From: Cycas panzhihuaensis
Lineage: Eukaryota; Plantae; Cycadophyta
Direction: 5' to 3'
DNA length: 64,000 nt
Assembly (NCBI GenBank): GCA_023213395.1
Contig: CM041465.1
Span: 229,593,741-229,657,740, forward strand
A program made the position numbers and the translations under genes. The notes beneath the pieces are model-generated. The model searched no databases and had not been told where the DNA came from. It saw only the letters and a program-made list of their open reading frames with translations. How positions within the stretch are numbered: position 1 is the stretch's first letter; every line of letters starts with the position of its first letter. This document shows positions 63,800-64,000 of the stretch, piece by piece.

Positions 63800-64000
63800 T
63801 CTAAATCAATCAGGACATTCAATTAGAGCTTAATGAGGGTCATGTGTCATTCTCTTCTCTGTAATAGTGACAAGCGGCTTACATGTAGTAAGTAGTTACA
63901 AAACATTTCATGTATTTATAGAGAGATACTCTCTCACATAATTAACGATCTTTCTTCATTCAAATCTATTTTCTTTCAGCAACTGGGATAGCTTGCATGT

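Larger units (their letters stand above)
54953..63978 (+). mobile_element. A-like copia K with 3' deletion, host of I
   Basis: LTR about 54953-55158 plus PBS TGGTATCAGAGT; 5'-truncated LTR copy about 63800-63978; gag from 55872 (MSFETLT as in A); RT stops at EMIDLGL; no TSD match. Confidence 0.82.

Noticed and set aside
313-63826. Numerous short ORFs antisense to pol genes or inside LTRs (for example 17233-17748, 33970-34314, 56774-56968)
   Set aside because: Shadow frames of retroelement sequence with no independent motifs.

Overview
AT-rich land-plant genomic DNA (probably a non-flowering plant; inference) made almost entirely of decayed, nested LTR retrotransposons, with no intact host gene. 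Termini, PBS/PPT and target-site duplications (TSDs) resolve the nesting. Copia A (5795-48743, +) contains chromovirus B (7332-40207, -) and non-autonomous element C (42409-47210, +). B contains copia D (8516-16099, +) and non-chromovirus gypsy F (18703-38490, -). F's two LTRs contain copia G (19126-23769, -) and chromovirus H (32694-37998, -). A second cluster follows: truncated B-family element J, truncated D-family copia E, and A-like copia K, which contains non-autonomous element I (56681-61350, +). Three observations stand out. (1) G has lost R/U5-PBS-gag and carries instead about 400 bp of antisense host SelO (selenoprotein O) coding sequence in scrambled order, which looks like a back-splice junction from a reverse-transcribed circular RNA. 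(2) C and I form a young TR-GAG-like family with a conserved, unrecognised 500-560-codon Gag-fusion ORF and a variable 5' cargo region. That region holds an antisense processed, internally deleted RAD6-like E2 mRNA in C, and a miR319-complementary site with a bulge at the cleavage position in I. (3) An inverted repeat with covarying arms brackets the PPT in every copia-type element here that retains one. All protein and RNA family assignments are from motif recognition by eye; no database searches were run.
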